IMG/VR virus record: IMGVR_UViG_3300044498_000033
Location: 1-45,653 of that record
Length of the DNA: 45,653 nucleotides
Source: a virus
Direction: 5' to 3' (one strand)
In this document: positions 26,327 to 34,504 of the stretch, one piece after another
Layout of the letters: each line of letters opens with the position of its first letter
Numbering within the stretch: position 1 is the stretch's first letter
Position numbers and translations under genes: made by a program
Notes under the pieces: model-generated
Told to the model about the DNA's origin: nothing
The model's input: the letters and a program-made list of their open reading frames with translations, nothing else
Database searches by the model: none

Positions 26327-26723
26327 TCGTGGGCTGGCCGTGCATGATGAGATTCACAATGGGCGCCTGGAGCGGCTTGCCGTCCGGGCCAGACAGCCGC
26401 GTGAGGTGCCGACCGCCGACTTTGTTCAACTCGGCAATGGCCTTGATGCGGACGTGCCAATCGGCCTCAGCCGCGCGGGCCGCGAGCGTCAGAATCTCGT
26501 CACGTTCCGCGGCGGTCGCAATGGCCGCGTTCTCGCGCTGGCGCTGACGGGCTTCAATGGCCTCCACGATTTCAACTTTCTTCAACAACCGATACCCGAG
26601 TTCGCCAGCAGACCGCTCGCTGTAACCGGCCGCTCGGGCCGCTTCGCTGGCGTTCCCTGCGGCCTCGCCCGTGTACGCCTCCACAAACCGCTGTTCTTTC
26701 TCGCTGAGCTGCTTTGCGGGCAT
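26313..26723 (-). CDS. terS: Terminase small subunit (Terminase_2-like)
   Basis: LSEKEQRFVEAY..GNASEAARAAGYSERSA..GYRLLKK N-terminal HTH pattern. Confidence 0.75.
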   Translation of the reverse strand: MPAKQLSEKEQRFVEAYTGEAAGNASEAARAAGYSERSAGELGYRLLKKVEIVEAIEARQRQRENAAIATAAERDEILTLAARAAEADWHVRIKAIAELNKVGGRHLTRLSGPDGKPLQAPIVNLIMHGQPTNGHG

Positions 26724-26765
26724 GCGCCTAACTTCAGTTTACGCCCAGCGTCAAACCGCCCTGGC

Positions 26766-27035
26766 TCACTCGGCGGCTCCGGGTGGGGCGGGGAGGGGAC
26801 GCCGTTCGTAGTCGCCGCACCAATCTTCCCGCGCTGTTGCGGGCCACTTGCCCCTCGATGCCATCACCGCAGCCTCGCCGATGGGCGCGTGCCGTCTGCA
26901 CATCCCAGCGTTAGGATACGTGCAGACGTGGCAGGCGAAGAACCGGCAGTTGCCGCATCGGTCGGACTTGTCGTCCTCAAACTCTAGGCATGAGCAGTTA
27001 GGAGAGATTAGGCCTGTGGCTCCCATTCGCCTCAC
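26766..27035 (-). CDS. Cys-rich small protein (CGNC..GMC..WCGDYE)
   Basis: GTG 27035 overlaps the upstream TGA; Cys pattern shared with 43793..44044. Confidence 0.55.
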   Translation of the reverse strand: MRRMGATGLISPNCSCLEFEDDKSDRCGNCRFFACHVCTYPNAGMCRRHAPIGEAAVMASRGKWPATAREDWCGDYERRPLPAPPGAAE

Positions 27036-27358
27036 CGTGGGTCAAAGTCATACGGGCTGACCTTCGCTCCGCAGGACACGCAATACAGGCCATCAGTGCG
27101 GTTCTCTTGATTGATATGGAGGCAGAACGGCTTTGGCTTGGCCTCCTGTGCCGCCGTCAGCCGCGCGTGCTCGACCTGCAAGGCTGCGATGCGTTTGTCT
27201 CTGGCGTCAATGTCGCGCCCGAGGATCTCCTGCATCTCGGCGACCGCCGCCTCGTGCCAGCGGGTGAGGGCTTCTACGAGTTTCTCAAAGTCGTCACGCG
27301 ACGGAAGCTGCGGTAGCGCCTCCGTCAGGACGGCCCGCAGAGAGGGGGTGTCAGTCAT
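27032..27358 (-). CDS. Hypothetical protein (108 aa) with C-terminal CxxC
   Basis: Start reassigned to ATG 27356-27358 (ATGA overlap). Confidence 0.55.
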   Translation of the reverse strand: MTDTPSLRAVLTEALPQLPSRDDFEKLVEALTRWHEAAVAEMQEILGRDIDARDKRIAALQVEHARLTAAQEAKPKPFCLHINQENRTDGLYCVSCGAKVSPYDFDPR

Positions 27359-27831
27359 CGCTTCACTCCCAGGGTATCCTTGCATCGCTGATACGCGAGG
27401 TCGCGTTCGTCACCGATACGACCGTCCTTGATTTGCCCGTCCCAGCATGGATCGCGCCACTCGTAAACAACCGGGCCGTATTCAAGAATCGTGAACTCTA
27501 TCGCCGCGTTCGCATCATCCATGGCGAGGGTGACAAAGTTCTCAGGCTGACTGCCGCCGTGGGTCAAGCACAGCCCTCCAGCCATAGCCCATGTCAACCG
27601 ATCGTCGCAACGTCGCTGCTGCTCGACCTTGAACTCAGGACATTCGGGATCGATCTCGCCTTCGATGATTGATAACGCCGCCGATAACCGGCCGATGTCA
27701 AAGTCCTCGTTCGGCTGCGGATGGACGACGTTCTCCCTCGTCCGCCGCTCAATCATCTCGTAAAGCGGTTGAGCCACAGCCATCAGGGCAAGGTCGTGCG
27801 CGTGATGGTCAAAGTCGTATTGTTCGCTCAC
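27355..27831 (-). CDS. Hypothetical protein (158 aa)
   Basis: Start reassigned to GTG 27829-27831 (GTGA overlap with the upstream stop). Confidence 0.5.
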   Translation of the reverse strand: MSEQYDFDHHAHDLALMAVAQPLYEMIERRTRENVVHPQPNEDFDIGRLSAALSIIEGEIDPECPEFKVEQQRRCDDRLTWAMAGGLCLTHGGSQPENFVTLAMDDANAAIEFTILEYGPVVYEWRDPCWDGQIKDGRIGDERDLAYQRCKDTLGVKR

Positions 27832-28343
27832 GCCCCACCTCGGGATCGGGCCGCCGCCTCCGCACGCGCAATCGACCGGCGACAATCTTCCTCGTAGGTG
27901 CCGCCCAGGTTTCGATCACAGAGGCGCCGAGCATCGATCACCAGCGCCTTCAAGGCTGAATCCGCCTCCCGGAGACGGCGCAGGGCTTCGCGGAGCGCTT
28001 CGCGTGGACAGTCTGGGCCGTGAGACACAGCGGTATCGTCGTTCACCGTGTAGCAACTTACTTCGGAGATATCTTCGCAGTGTATGGACTCAACCGCCTT
28101 AACCAACCGCTCAACAGCGTTGGGCGAATCCGCCGCTGGCCCCGAGGGGGTGGGCGCAGGCTGGGCCTGCTGCACGCCGTCTACAAAGTCCGCCACGAGG
28201 TTCTGCGCGTCACCGAGCTTGATAACGGCGCTGGTTAGCCGCGTGTCGGCGGGCATCGCTTCCACGGCCTGCATCGCGTCGTAAATAGCACGTTCGGCTG
28301 GAGTCCAGTGTTCCATCTGACAACGGCGCGGAATCTCATCCAT
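27828..28343 (-). CDS. Hypothetical protein (171 aa)
   Basis: ORF track; helical, acidic. Confidence 0.55.
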   Translation of the reverse strand: MDEIPRRCQMEHWTPAERAIYDAMQAVEAMPADTRLTSAVIKLGDAQNLVADFVDGVQQAQPAPTPSGPAADSPNAVERLVKAVESIHCEDISEVSCYTVNDDTAVSHGPDCPREALREALRRLREADSALKALVIDARRLCDRNLGGTYEEDCRRSIARAEAAARSRGGA

Positions 28344-28380
28344 GTCCCGTCTCTCCCTCTCGGCGGATCAGCCCGGCGTA

Positions 28381-28617
28381 TTAGCGCTGCACCGGCATCG
28401 GCCGCTGGCGTGGCGTCATCGCGCGCTCGTCAATCTGGCCGTCTACATAGCGTGTGAACTCTGAGCGTTTGTTGGCCAACTCGCACTCGGCCTTGTTCTT
28501 TGCCGAATCGGCGTCCTTGCTGACTTGACGCAGTCGCGCCACTTCGCTCTCCAGGCGCTCGATGTCTTGAGCCAACCCGGCCACCTTCGCCGCCTCGAAT
28601 CGTTTCTCGTCGCTCAC
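28381..28617 (-). CDS. Coiled-coil hypothetical protein (78 aa, GTG start)
   Basis: GTG 28615-28617 overlaps the upstream TGA; VSDEKRFEAAKVAGLAQDIERLESEVARLRQ. Confidence 0.5.
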   Translation of the reverse strand: MSDEKRFEAAKVAGLAQDIERLESEVARLRQVSKDADSAKNKAECELANKRSEFTRYVDGQIDERAMTPRQRPMPVQR

Positions 28618-28766
28618 GTCCTCCGTCTCCTTCCCCGCGTGGGCGGCTTGCGTCCATTGCCCTTGCACTTCGGGCACACGATGATGCCCGTATCGCGATA
28701 GACCATCCCTTGTCTCGGGTAGATGCCAATCACGTAGCCCATGCCGCCGCACGGCCGACACGTCAT
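28614..28766 (-). CDS. 50-aa DnaJ-type zinc-finger mini-protein
   Basis: MTCRPCGGMGYV..VCPKCKGNGRK contains two CxxCxGxG motifs; ATGA overlap upstream and GTGA overlap downstream. Confidence 0.55.
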   Translation of the reverse strand: MTCRPCGGMGYVIGIYPRQGMVYRDTGIIVCPKCKGNGRKPPTRGRRRRT

Positions 28767-28921
28767 CGCTTGCCCCTCGCCTGCGTCGGCCGCCGGGAGA
28801 GGCGATCCAACTTCGTCAGCACTTGGCGCTTGCCAAGGCACTGCGGACAGCCCTTCACCTGACACTGGCCGATGCTGTCGATAATCCACGCTCTCAGTAG
28901 GCGGAACTTCGATGGCGTCAC
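28763..28921 (-). CDS. 52-aa zinc-ribbon-like mini-protein (not in the ORF track)
   Basis: Manual translation from GTG 28921: (M)TPSKFRLLRAWIIDSIGQCQVKGCPQCLGKRQVLTKLDRLSRRPTQARGKR; GTGA and ATGA overlaps at both ends. Confidence 0.4.
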   Translation of the reverse strand: MTPSKFRLLRAWIIDSIGQCQVKGCPQCLGKRQVLTKLDRLSRRPTQARGKR

Positions 28922-29088
28922 AGATCCTCCAAGGCGTCAGGCCGTAGTGACGTTTTGGCGACCCACACAACCTGCCATCCGGAACCATTGAAGTAGCGAA
29001 TCCGCGCACGCTTGGGGCTCTCGGCCTCGATCTGGGCTCGGTATTCAACGCCTAAGCCCGGCGGGGCGTAGATCGCAAATTGAGTCAT
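28918..29088 (-). CDS. Small hypothetical protein (56 aa)
   Basis: ATG 29086-29088 within ORF 28918..29169: MTQFAIYAPPGLGVEY. Confidence 0.45.
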   Translation of the reverse strand: MTQFAIYAPPGLGVEYRAQIEAESPKRARIRYFNGSGWQVVWVAKTSLRPDALEDL

Positions 29089-29116
29089 GCCAGCGCCTTC
29101 CACTTCTTCGCGGCGG

Positions 29117-29599
29117 TCATCGGGCCTCCAAGAGTGTGAGAATGTGTTTGCATACCTCAACCACGTCATCGGCTTGCTCGACAGTCAACGACTCCGCGTA
29201 AGCCCGCACCTGCTCCAGCGCCTCGGCGTCGGAGGCGACCTCTCGGCACTCGCGCTCTGTGGTCGGCCAATAACACTCAGTCGAGGGATGCTGCTTCACG
29301 ATGTCGGCGCGTCGTCGCCACACTTCAGACTTGGGCAGCGTTTCGTTCGTATCCGGCGTCATGGTCGTCGCTCCTCGCGGTCCATGGTGGCGCTTCAGTT
29401 CGCGGATGCGTCCGCCATCGCACTCCACCGTGCCGCTACGCACCAACGCATCAACGACTCGCTGCGCTGCCTGACCTGCAAACTGTGGCGGGACATTCTG
29501 CGGGTCCCACTCGTTATACACATCAGTCCAATCGGCCCAGCCGTCCGCCTTCGCGTGCTGACGAATCGCCGCGAGCATTCGTGTCTGTGATTCGCTCAT
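29117..29599 (-). CDS. Hypothetical protein (160 aa)
   Basis: Start reassigned to ATG 29597-29599 (ATGA overlap with the Lar gene stop), preceded by GGAGGA. Confidence 0.55.
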   Translation of the reverse strand: MSESQTRMLAAIRQHAKADGWADWTDVYNEWDPQNVPPQFAGQAAQRVVDALVRSGTVECDGGRIRELKRHHGPRGATTMTPDTNETLPKSEVWRRRADIVKQHPSTECYWPTTERECREVASDAEALEQVRAYAESLTVEQADDVVEVCKHILTLLEAR

Positions 29600-29817
29600 C
29601 GCGTCCTCCGGGGCCGGGAGCGGCGGTTCCACGCCTCAGTCACGATTCGCTCTACCGGGTCCTTGATGGGGAACCACAACCGCGTGGAGACTTCGCACGA
29701 CGCGCAGTAGATGAAATGGCCGCCGTCATTCTCGCCCCCTTCAACCACGGCGTATTTCGCCTTGCCGCCACAGAACGGACAAGCCTTCAGCGTCACCGGC
29801 CTCGGGCGCTTCCTCAT
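29596..29817 (-). CDS. Lar-family restriction alleviation protein (73 aa)
   Basis: LKACPFCGGKAKY..HFIYCASCEVST..EAWNRR pattern; start ATG 29815-29817 (ATGA overlap). Confidence 0.7.
   Translation of the reverse strand: MRKRPRPVTLKACPFCGGKAKYAVVEGGENDGGHFIYCASCEVSTRLWFPIKDPVERIVTEAWNRRSRPRRTR
29597..29632. repeat. Gene-junction repeat, copy A
   Basis: catcgcgtcctccggggccgggagcggcggttccac; 33 nt identical to copy C and 28 nt identical to copy B. Confidence 0.95.
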
Positions 29818-30095
29818 GATGGCCTCCGGGGCCGGGAGCGGCGGTTCCACTTGGCGATGGCCAGTTGCTCTGTCGCGCTCCACGCAAAACAGCCACATTC
29901 AACTCGCCACCACCACATTCCAGCGATGCGCTTCTTGGCGATGGTGACGATGCCAGCGCAATGTGGGCACCGCGTCACCGGGCTCATGTCGTCGGGTTGG
30001 CGCTGCTTCGCTTGACGTGGGTGGCCACGATAGATTATTGGCGGCATCGCTGGAATGTGTCCGTGGTTACGCATCTGATTCTCCTGTTCATCCAC
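29814..30095 (-). CDS. Second Lar-like paralog (start uncertain: 30095, 30047 or 29987)
   Basis: PVTRCPHCAG..WWWRVECGC..LAIAKWNRRSRPRR; same C-terminal tail as 29596..29817. Confidence 0.5.
   Translation of the reverse strand: MDEQENQMRNHGHIPAMPPIIYRGHPRQAKQRQPDDMSPVTRCPHCAGIVTIAKKRIAGMWWWRVECGCFAWSATEQLAIAKWNRRSRPRRPS
29823..29850. repeat. Gene-junction repeat, copy B
   Basis: cctccggggccgggagcggcggttccac, identical to 29605..29632. Confidence 0.95.
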
Positions 30096-30247
30096 TGGCG
30101 CAGCATGTCAGCCAAACTCACGCACTCCACGCGCGTTTCCATGCGGCAGCAGACCCGACCATCCGACAACTGCGGATTAACTACCTGCACCGTCCAACAC
30201 GGCAAGAGCGGCATCAGAACCAACAGCGCCACGGATAGCCGCCTCAT
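30035..30247 (-). CDS. Possible small secreted/lipoprotein-like protein (70 aa)
   Basis: MRRLSVALLVLMPLLPC signal-like N-terminus; ATGA overlap with the upstream stop; conflicts with the longest start of 29814..30095. Confidence 0.35.
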   Translation of the reverse strand: MRRLSVALLVLMPLLPCWTVQVVNPQLSDGRVCCRMETRVECVSLADMLRQWMNRRIRCVTTDTFQRCRQ

Positions 30248-30429
30248 CGCGTCCTCCGGGGCCGGGAGCGGCGGTTCTCAATCATGGTCATCCACGAAAG
30301 AACCAACTCAGGCTGCACGTAAGGGAACGCTCCCGACTCTTTCATGATGGTCAGGTCACGACGTAGCAATTCCCATTGCTTCTTGTAGTTCAACCGCGTC
30401 ACCGGCCTCGGGCGGGGCGGCTTAGACAT
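30244..30429 (-). CDS. 61-aa protein sharing both termini, but not the core, with the Lar gene
   Basis: MSKPPRPRPVTR...ENRRSRPRRTR; 18-nt identity at the 5' end and 33-nt identity at the 3' end to 29596..29817. Confidence 0.55.
   Translation of the reverse strand: MSKPPRPRPVTRLNYKKQWELLRRDLTIMKESGAFPYVQPELVLSWMTMIENRRSRPRRTR
30245..30277. repeat. Gene-junction repeat, copy C
   Basis: catcgcgtcctccggggccgggagcggcggttc, identical to 29597..29629. Confidence 0.95.
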
Positions 30430-30619
30430 GGGGAGGCTCCGGCCTGTCCATGCTCAAGATTGCGAAGTGAGCCGCCTTGATCGCGTCCCTTATAGCGAAA
30501 CCTTCGTGAAGTTCCCCGTCACCGTCATAAACCGGAAAGAGCGCCCGGCGAATCGAATTGATGGCAAGCTGCCCATGCTTCCTGGCTAGTCGCCGCAGAC
30601 GCTTCTGCGCTTCAGTCAC
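30422..30619 (-). CDS. Hypothetical protein (65 aa)
   Basis: ORF track; overlaps both neighbours by a few nt. Confidence 0.5.
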   Translation of the reverse strand: MTEAQKRLRRLARKHGQLAINSIRRALFPVYDGDGELHEGFAIRDAIKAAHFAILSMDRPEPPHV

Positions 30620-30978
30620 GACTGTCCCTCCTGCGGCACGAGGAGGGCGCGGACCCTATCAGCCCGAACGAATGGCTTGAAATAGACGATGTCCTCACGG
30701 CCGATGTCGAACTCTGTCACCGGAAGCGCCAACACCTGCGCGATGCGGGCGTCACGGGCGACGAGTTGCGCGACGAACCAGTCCATCCGATCGCCAATGC
30801 GGCACCCTTCAGCCCCGTGCGGCCCCGGCGGATGATGCGGCACGCCCTGCTTGTCGAGATAGTCGTGTGTCCACGCCTTAAACGCTTTCAACTTGTCGCG
30901 CTCCGCTTCCAGATCCGCCACCCGCGCACGGAGGGCGGTGAGATCGTCAGTGGTCGGGGTAGAATCTTGGTCAGCCAT
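30616..30978 (-). CDS. Hypothetical protein (120 aa)
   Basis: ORF track; CAGGAGG upstream of the ATG. Confidence 0.55.
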   Translation of the reverse strand: MADQDSTPTTDDLTALRARVADLEAERDKLKAFKAWTHDYLDKQGVPHHPPGPHGAEGCRIGDRMDWFVAQLVARDARIAQVLALPVTEFDIGREDIVYFKPFVRADRVRALLVPQEGQS

Positions 30979-31095
30979 CGGTTACGCGCCTCCTGTGCGC
31001 GGGCTGCTGGTGAGGGGTTGGCGGTCGCTCAAACGGCCGCTAACTCCGCTTGATCCTATCACAACCGCCCCTCCTTCGCGCGCCGCCTCCGCCAC

Positions 31096-31434
31096 TCAGA
31101 CCACGAGCCGGTTCTGGATAGAATCAATCGCGTCGGCGATCAGGTTCAGCCGCATAATGGTCCCGCTCAGCGAGTCCACGACATAGCCGTGAGACACATT
31201 CGCGTCTGGCTCTCCGCCGGCTGCCGTGGGTGCGGATGCCATCAGCACCGGCCCGAGCTGGATCGCGAGATCCTGTACGCGCTTGTCCAGCGCGGTCACA
31301 ACGTCCGCAAGCGTCTGTAACCGATCGTGAAGCGGCGTCGGCGGCTTCGGTGGAGCCGGCATGCCAGCCATGCCGCTGAGCGACGTGCTCTTGATCCCGC
31401 CATTGCCTGTGTATGCCTGAGGTGCCTGATTCAT
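31096..31434 (-). CDS. Hypothetical protein (112 aa)
   Basis: ORF track. Confidence 0.5.
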   Translation of the reverse strand: MNQAPQAYTGNGGIKSTSLSGMAGMPAPPKPPTPLHDRLQTLADVVTALDKRVQDLAIQLGPVLMASAPTAAGGEPDANVSHGYVVDSLSGTIMRLNLIADAIDSIQNRLVV

Positions 31435-31458
31435 GTGATTCTCCTGCCTGTTATGACG

Positions 31459-31608
31459 TTACCGTTTCCTTGCGAGGTTAATCCGCCACCGATCGCTAAC
31501 TCTGTCGGCCTGCCACGGCTCCGGCCGATGCCGCGCCAGCCGGTACATCCACCAGAGGCCCAGCCCGAGCGCCACCAGCGACAAGGGATAGCGCAGGAGA
31601 TCCGTCAC
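31459..31608 (-). CDS. 49-aa membrane mini-protein
   Basis: GTG 31606-31608 overlaps the upstream TGA; YPLSLVALGLGLWWMY TM. Confidence 0.4.
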   Translation of the reverse strand: MTDLLRYPLSLVALGLGLWWMYRLARHRPEPWQADRVSDRWRINLARKR

Positions 31609-31892
31609 GGAACACCGCTGGCGATCAACTTGTTCAGCCACGCGAGCGCGGCGGCATACTCTCCGTGCGGGTCTGGATCGATTTCTTGTTCGCCAGGCTT
31701 CCGAACACGCTCATTCCAGTACCGCACCGTGTTAAGGTCGATCTCGATTTCGCGCTTCATTTTCAGCGCGCGCTCAATCAGGCGGTTGCGCATCTGCGCA
31801 TCATCAGGATCGGTAGGCGGACGAAGCGACGAATCGCCAGCCATGCGTTCCTTGAACTCGTCAGCACTTGGGATATGACGGCGTTTCTTCAT
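31605..31892 (-). CDS. Hypothetical protein (95 aa)
   Basis: ATG preceded by TAGGAGGCAC (SD overlapping the upstream stop). Confidence 0.6.
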   Translation of the reverse strand: MKKRRHIPSADEFKERMAGDSSLRPPTDPDDAQMRNRLIERALKMKREIEIDLNTVRYWNERVRKPGEQEIDPDPHGEYAAALAWLNKLIASGVP

Positions 31893-31899
31893 GTGCCTC

Positions 31900-33018
31900 C
31901 TACTTCGGGTTCAATCGTCCCGTGCCGAGATACGGGATACGCACCGGGGCATCCGTCACCAACAGCACGGCGGCTTTCGCGGCTGTCTCGGCAGACTTCG
32001 CCGCGGTCTCCGCGTTCTGTGCCGCCGTCGATGCCTTCTTCACCTCGGTCAGCAATTCCTGATACTGCGCTTCGGTCATGTCGCCTCCATCGGGGGGATC
32101 TACCGGGGGATCAATCGGGGGTTCAACTGTCTCGGGCGGGACGAGGCCCATCGGCTGAGACGTGCTGAACTCGGCAATCGTGATGAGGCCCGAGCCGGGA
32201 AACTCGGCGCCGCCAACTACGACCATGCCGTCCGGCCGGACTCTCGCCTGGAGCTGCTGATGGCGCACGCCGTCCAAATACCAGCCGCGCAGTGTGCCGT
32301 TGACCAGCTCGGTCCACGGGCGCACCATCACGCCGCGCGGATTCTGCTGGGCGCCCATGACCGCCGAGACGACGTAGGGCACGCCGGCCGATTCAAACAC
32401 CGGGCCGGGAAGTTCACGCGCCGGGAGCGTCACCGTCACGCTCGGCGACTGCACCCATGACCCCAACGAATACTGCCCAGCCACCCAAACGCCATCTGAG
32501 AGCGTGTAGGGGCGTTCCCAGAGGCCAGCGGCGTCAATCACGCGCACGATGACGTTATCGCCCGTCCGCCGCACCACGAACGGCCCGCCGCCGTCCCAAC
32601 CGCGCTTGTAGCCGTAGTGGTAGATGTCGCTCCAGACCACGCCCAGAAACGGCTCCGGCGTGATGTCCGCGTAGCCGAACCAGATCCGACTGCCGTTCGT
32701 TGACAGTCGCTGTCCGTCAATCATGGCGAGGCCGGCGTGGCCGATGGCCTGCTCCGGGAGCCCGATAGTGCCGTGGACGCCCCCACCTGACCACCAGCGG
32801 GCTTCCGTCATCGGAGGGTTATCCTGCGTCGGCATGAACACGACGGACTGCTCGTAGCCGTTCCAGCCGCCCGGATACCACGCCCCTGAGCCGTTCAGAT
32901 CCCACGGGTATTCGTCGCCAGATTCCAAGTCGATCAGGCGGCAGGTTTCGTAGCCGCAGATCAGCCTGGTCCCGTCGCGGTTCAACTGGAACGAGTAGCC
33001 GCGCTCAATCGTCGTCAA
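31900..33018 (-). CDS. Large early-region protein, beta-rich with Ala/Lys coiled C-terminus (372 aa from TTG 33018)
   Basis: TTG preceded by GGGAGGGG directly after the upstream TAG; the ORF-track start at 33075 would overlap the methyltransferase by 47 nt. Confidence 0.55.
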   Translation of the reverse strand: MTTIERGYSFQLNRDGTRLICGYETCRLIDLESGDEYPWDLNGSGAWYPGGWNGYEQSVVFMPTQDNPPMTEARWWSGGGVHGTIGLPEQAIGHAGLAMIDGQRLSTNGSRIWFGYADITPEPFLGVVWSDIYHYGYKRGWDGGGPFVVRRTGDNVIVRVIDAAGLWERPYTLSDGVWVAGQYSLGSWVQSPSVTVTLPARELPGPVFESAGVPYVVSAVMGAQQNPRGVMVRPWTELVNGTLRGWYLDGVRHQQLQARVRPDGMVVVGGAEFPGSGLITIAEFSTSQPMGLVPPETVEPPIDPPVDPPDGGDMTEAQYQELLTEVKKASTAAQNAETAAKSAETAAKAAVLLVTDAPVRIPYLGTGRLNPK

Positions 33019-33028
33019 AGTCCCCTCC

Positions 33029-33904
33029 CTACGTCCCGGTCTCGAGGCGGACCGGATCGTCCGCCGGTAACTCAAACGTCATGCGCGCTTGTTGCAGCCG
33101 CGACACGATAAGCTCGCAGAACCGCTCCTCGCGCTCAACGCCGACGACGGGCACGCCCGCGTTCTTGCAGGCCAGCAGTGTCGTCCCGCTGCCCGCGAAC
33201 GGATCGAGCACCGGACCTTTCCCCGCCCACCACTTCACGAGGCCCGCGACGTGCTGGTACGAACGCGCCGCCGGATGCTCGTGCTGTTTGATGTCTCGCG
33301 GTGCCGTGCAAGTGATCCGTCCCGGCACGACTTGCCCCGGCGAATCCTTCCGGGCCGGGAATGCGCCAAAGGCGTACGCTGCGTCGTTCAACATCGACCG
33401 CCCGCGATAACTCGGCATCGCGTACTCAAGCTGCTGGCTCATCAGGTACGGCCACTCCTTCGGCACGTTCACCAGCCAGCGCGGATCAGACGTGGACGAC
33501 AAATGAACGATCAGCCTGCTTGCGCGGCCGAGCACGAGCTGCGACAACGAGCGAATCAGCGCCTCGTGCTCGTCCCAGCCCGGCACCGTCTCCGGCGCAT
33601 TCGGCCACACGGGATCAGTAATCACCGCCTCCCACGACCCGCCGATGATCGACACCACGTCGCGACTGTCCCCGTGGTACAGCGTCACGTGCGAATCTTG
33701 GTAGTACGGCTCCACGTCAGCCTTTCTCGCATCGGTCTTGTGCAGGCGGCCATCCGCCCGCCGGACCACGCCAGCCAACCGCTGCTTGATCGCCAACCGG
33801 CACGCATCGCAGCACGCCACATCAGCAGGTAGTCCGTTGATGGGCTTCGCCTGCACCGTCGCCGAGGACGCGCCGCAGAGACAGCATTCACTCATGGGGC
33901 ACAA
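33029..33904 (-). CDS. DNA methyltransferase (beta-class N6A/N4C type) with N-terminal Cys cluster
   Basis: Motif I VLDPFAGSGTT near the C-terminus, HPAARS, and a motif IV-like ITDPVWP near the N-terminal third. Confidence 0.8.
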   Translation of the reverse strand: MCPMSECCLCGASSATVQAKPINGLPADVACCDACRLAIKQRLAGVVRRADGRLHKTDARKADVEPYYQDSHVTLYHGDSRDVVSIIGGSWEAVITDPVWPNAPETVPGWDEHEALIRSLSQLVLGRASRLIVHLSSTSDPRWLVNVPKEWPYLMSQQLEYAMPSYRGRSMLNDAAYAFGAFPARKDSPGQVVPGRITCTAPRDIKQHEHPAARSYQHVAGLVKWWAGKGPVLDPFAGSGTTLLACKNAGVPVVGVEREERFCELIVSRLQQARMTFELPADDPVRLETGT

Positions 33905-34220
33905 ACCGATACTGCGAGGCCACCGCTTTCGACCCCGCGATCCGCACTTGCCGATTTTGAATCGTCATGTTGAACGGCGGCTTGCGGATGTCGCTGACGC
34001 GCGTCCTCCACGCATACCCACCGGCCACCATCGCGAGATCGAAGCCGTCCACCCAAACATTGGGCCGGGCCTTGAAGTACGCCGCCAACTGCTCCGCGAA
34101 ACTCTGCGGCTCAACCCTCAAGGCCGCCGCGTTCAGGCGCTGGCGCTCGGCCGCGACAGGAGACACCGGCTTCGGATCAACCGGCGAGAACAAACCTGGG
34201 AGACAAGGCGCGGTGCTCAT
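33888..34220 (-). CDS. Putative winged-helix DNA-binding protein (110 aa)
   Basis: VDGFDLAMVAGGYAWRTRVSDIRKPPFNMTIQNR pattern. Confidence 0.45.
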   Translation of the reverse strand: MSTAPCLPGLFSPVDPKPVSPVAAERQRLNAAALRVEPQSFAEQLAAYFKARPNVWVDGFDLAMVAGGYAWRTRVSDIRKPPFNMTIQNRQVRIAGSKAVASQYRFVPHE

Positions 34221-34504
34221 CGAAGATCACTGATGCGGCTGCTATCGCCTGTCTGGACTACGCTTTGCACGCGGTTGCCAGACGCGCTGATGTTCGACAT
34301 CTCTCGCGTGCCGTCACGACGCAGGTCTTTCACGCACTCGCCCACACATGTCTCGATTTCATCGGCGGTCAGATGCTCCTTCACGTAACCCCACGCGAAC
34401 TGATGCCGCATCGGGTTATGCCCGTGCATCGGCTCTTGGACGTAGCCAAGATCCTTCACAAGCACAACTAACAGATGCCGCGCCACGTCCTTAGCAGTGC
34501 TCAT
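34217..34504 (-). CDS. Hypothetical protein (95 aa)
   Basis: ORF track; 4-nt overlaps. Confidence 0.55.
   Translation of the reverse strand: MSTAKDVARHLLVVLVKDLGYVQEPMHGHNPMRHQFAWGYVKEHLTADEIETCVGECVKDLRRDGTREMSNISASGNRVQSVVQTGDSSRISDLR

Noticed and set aside
28614-29048. 144-aa ORF covering the mini-gene region
   Set aside because: Only its last 50 codons (the DnaJ-type zinc finger) look protein-like. The upstream part is better explained by the 52-aa GTG-started frame and by 28918..29088, both linked by stop-start overlaps.
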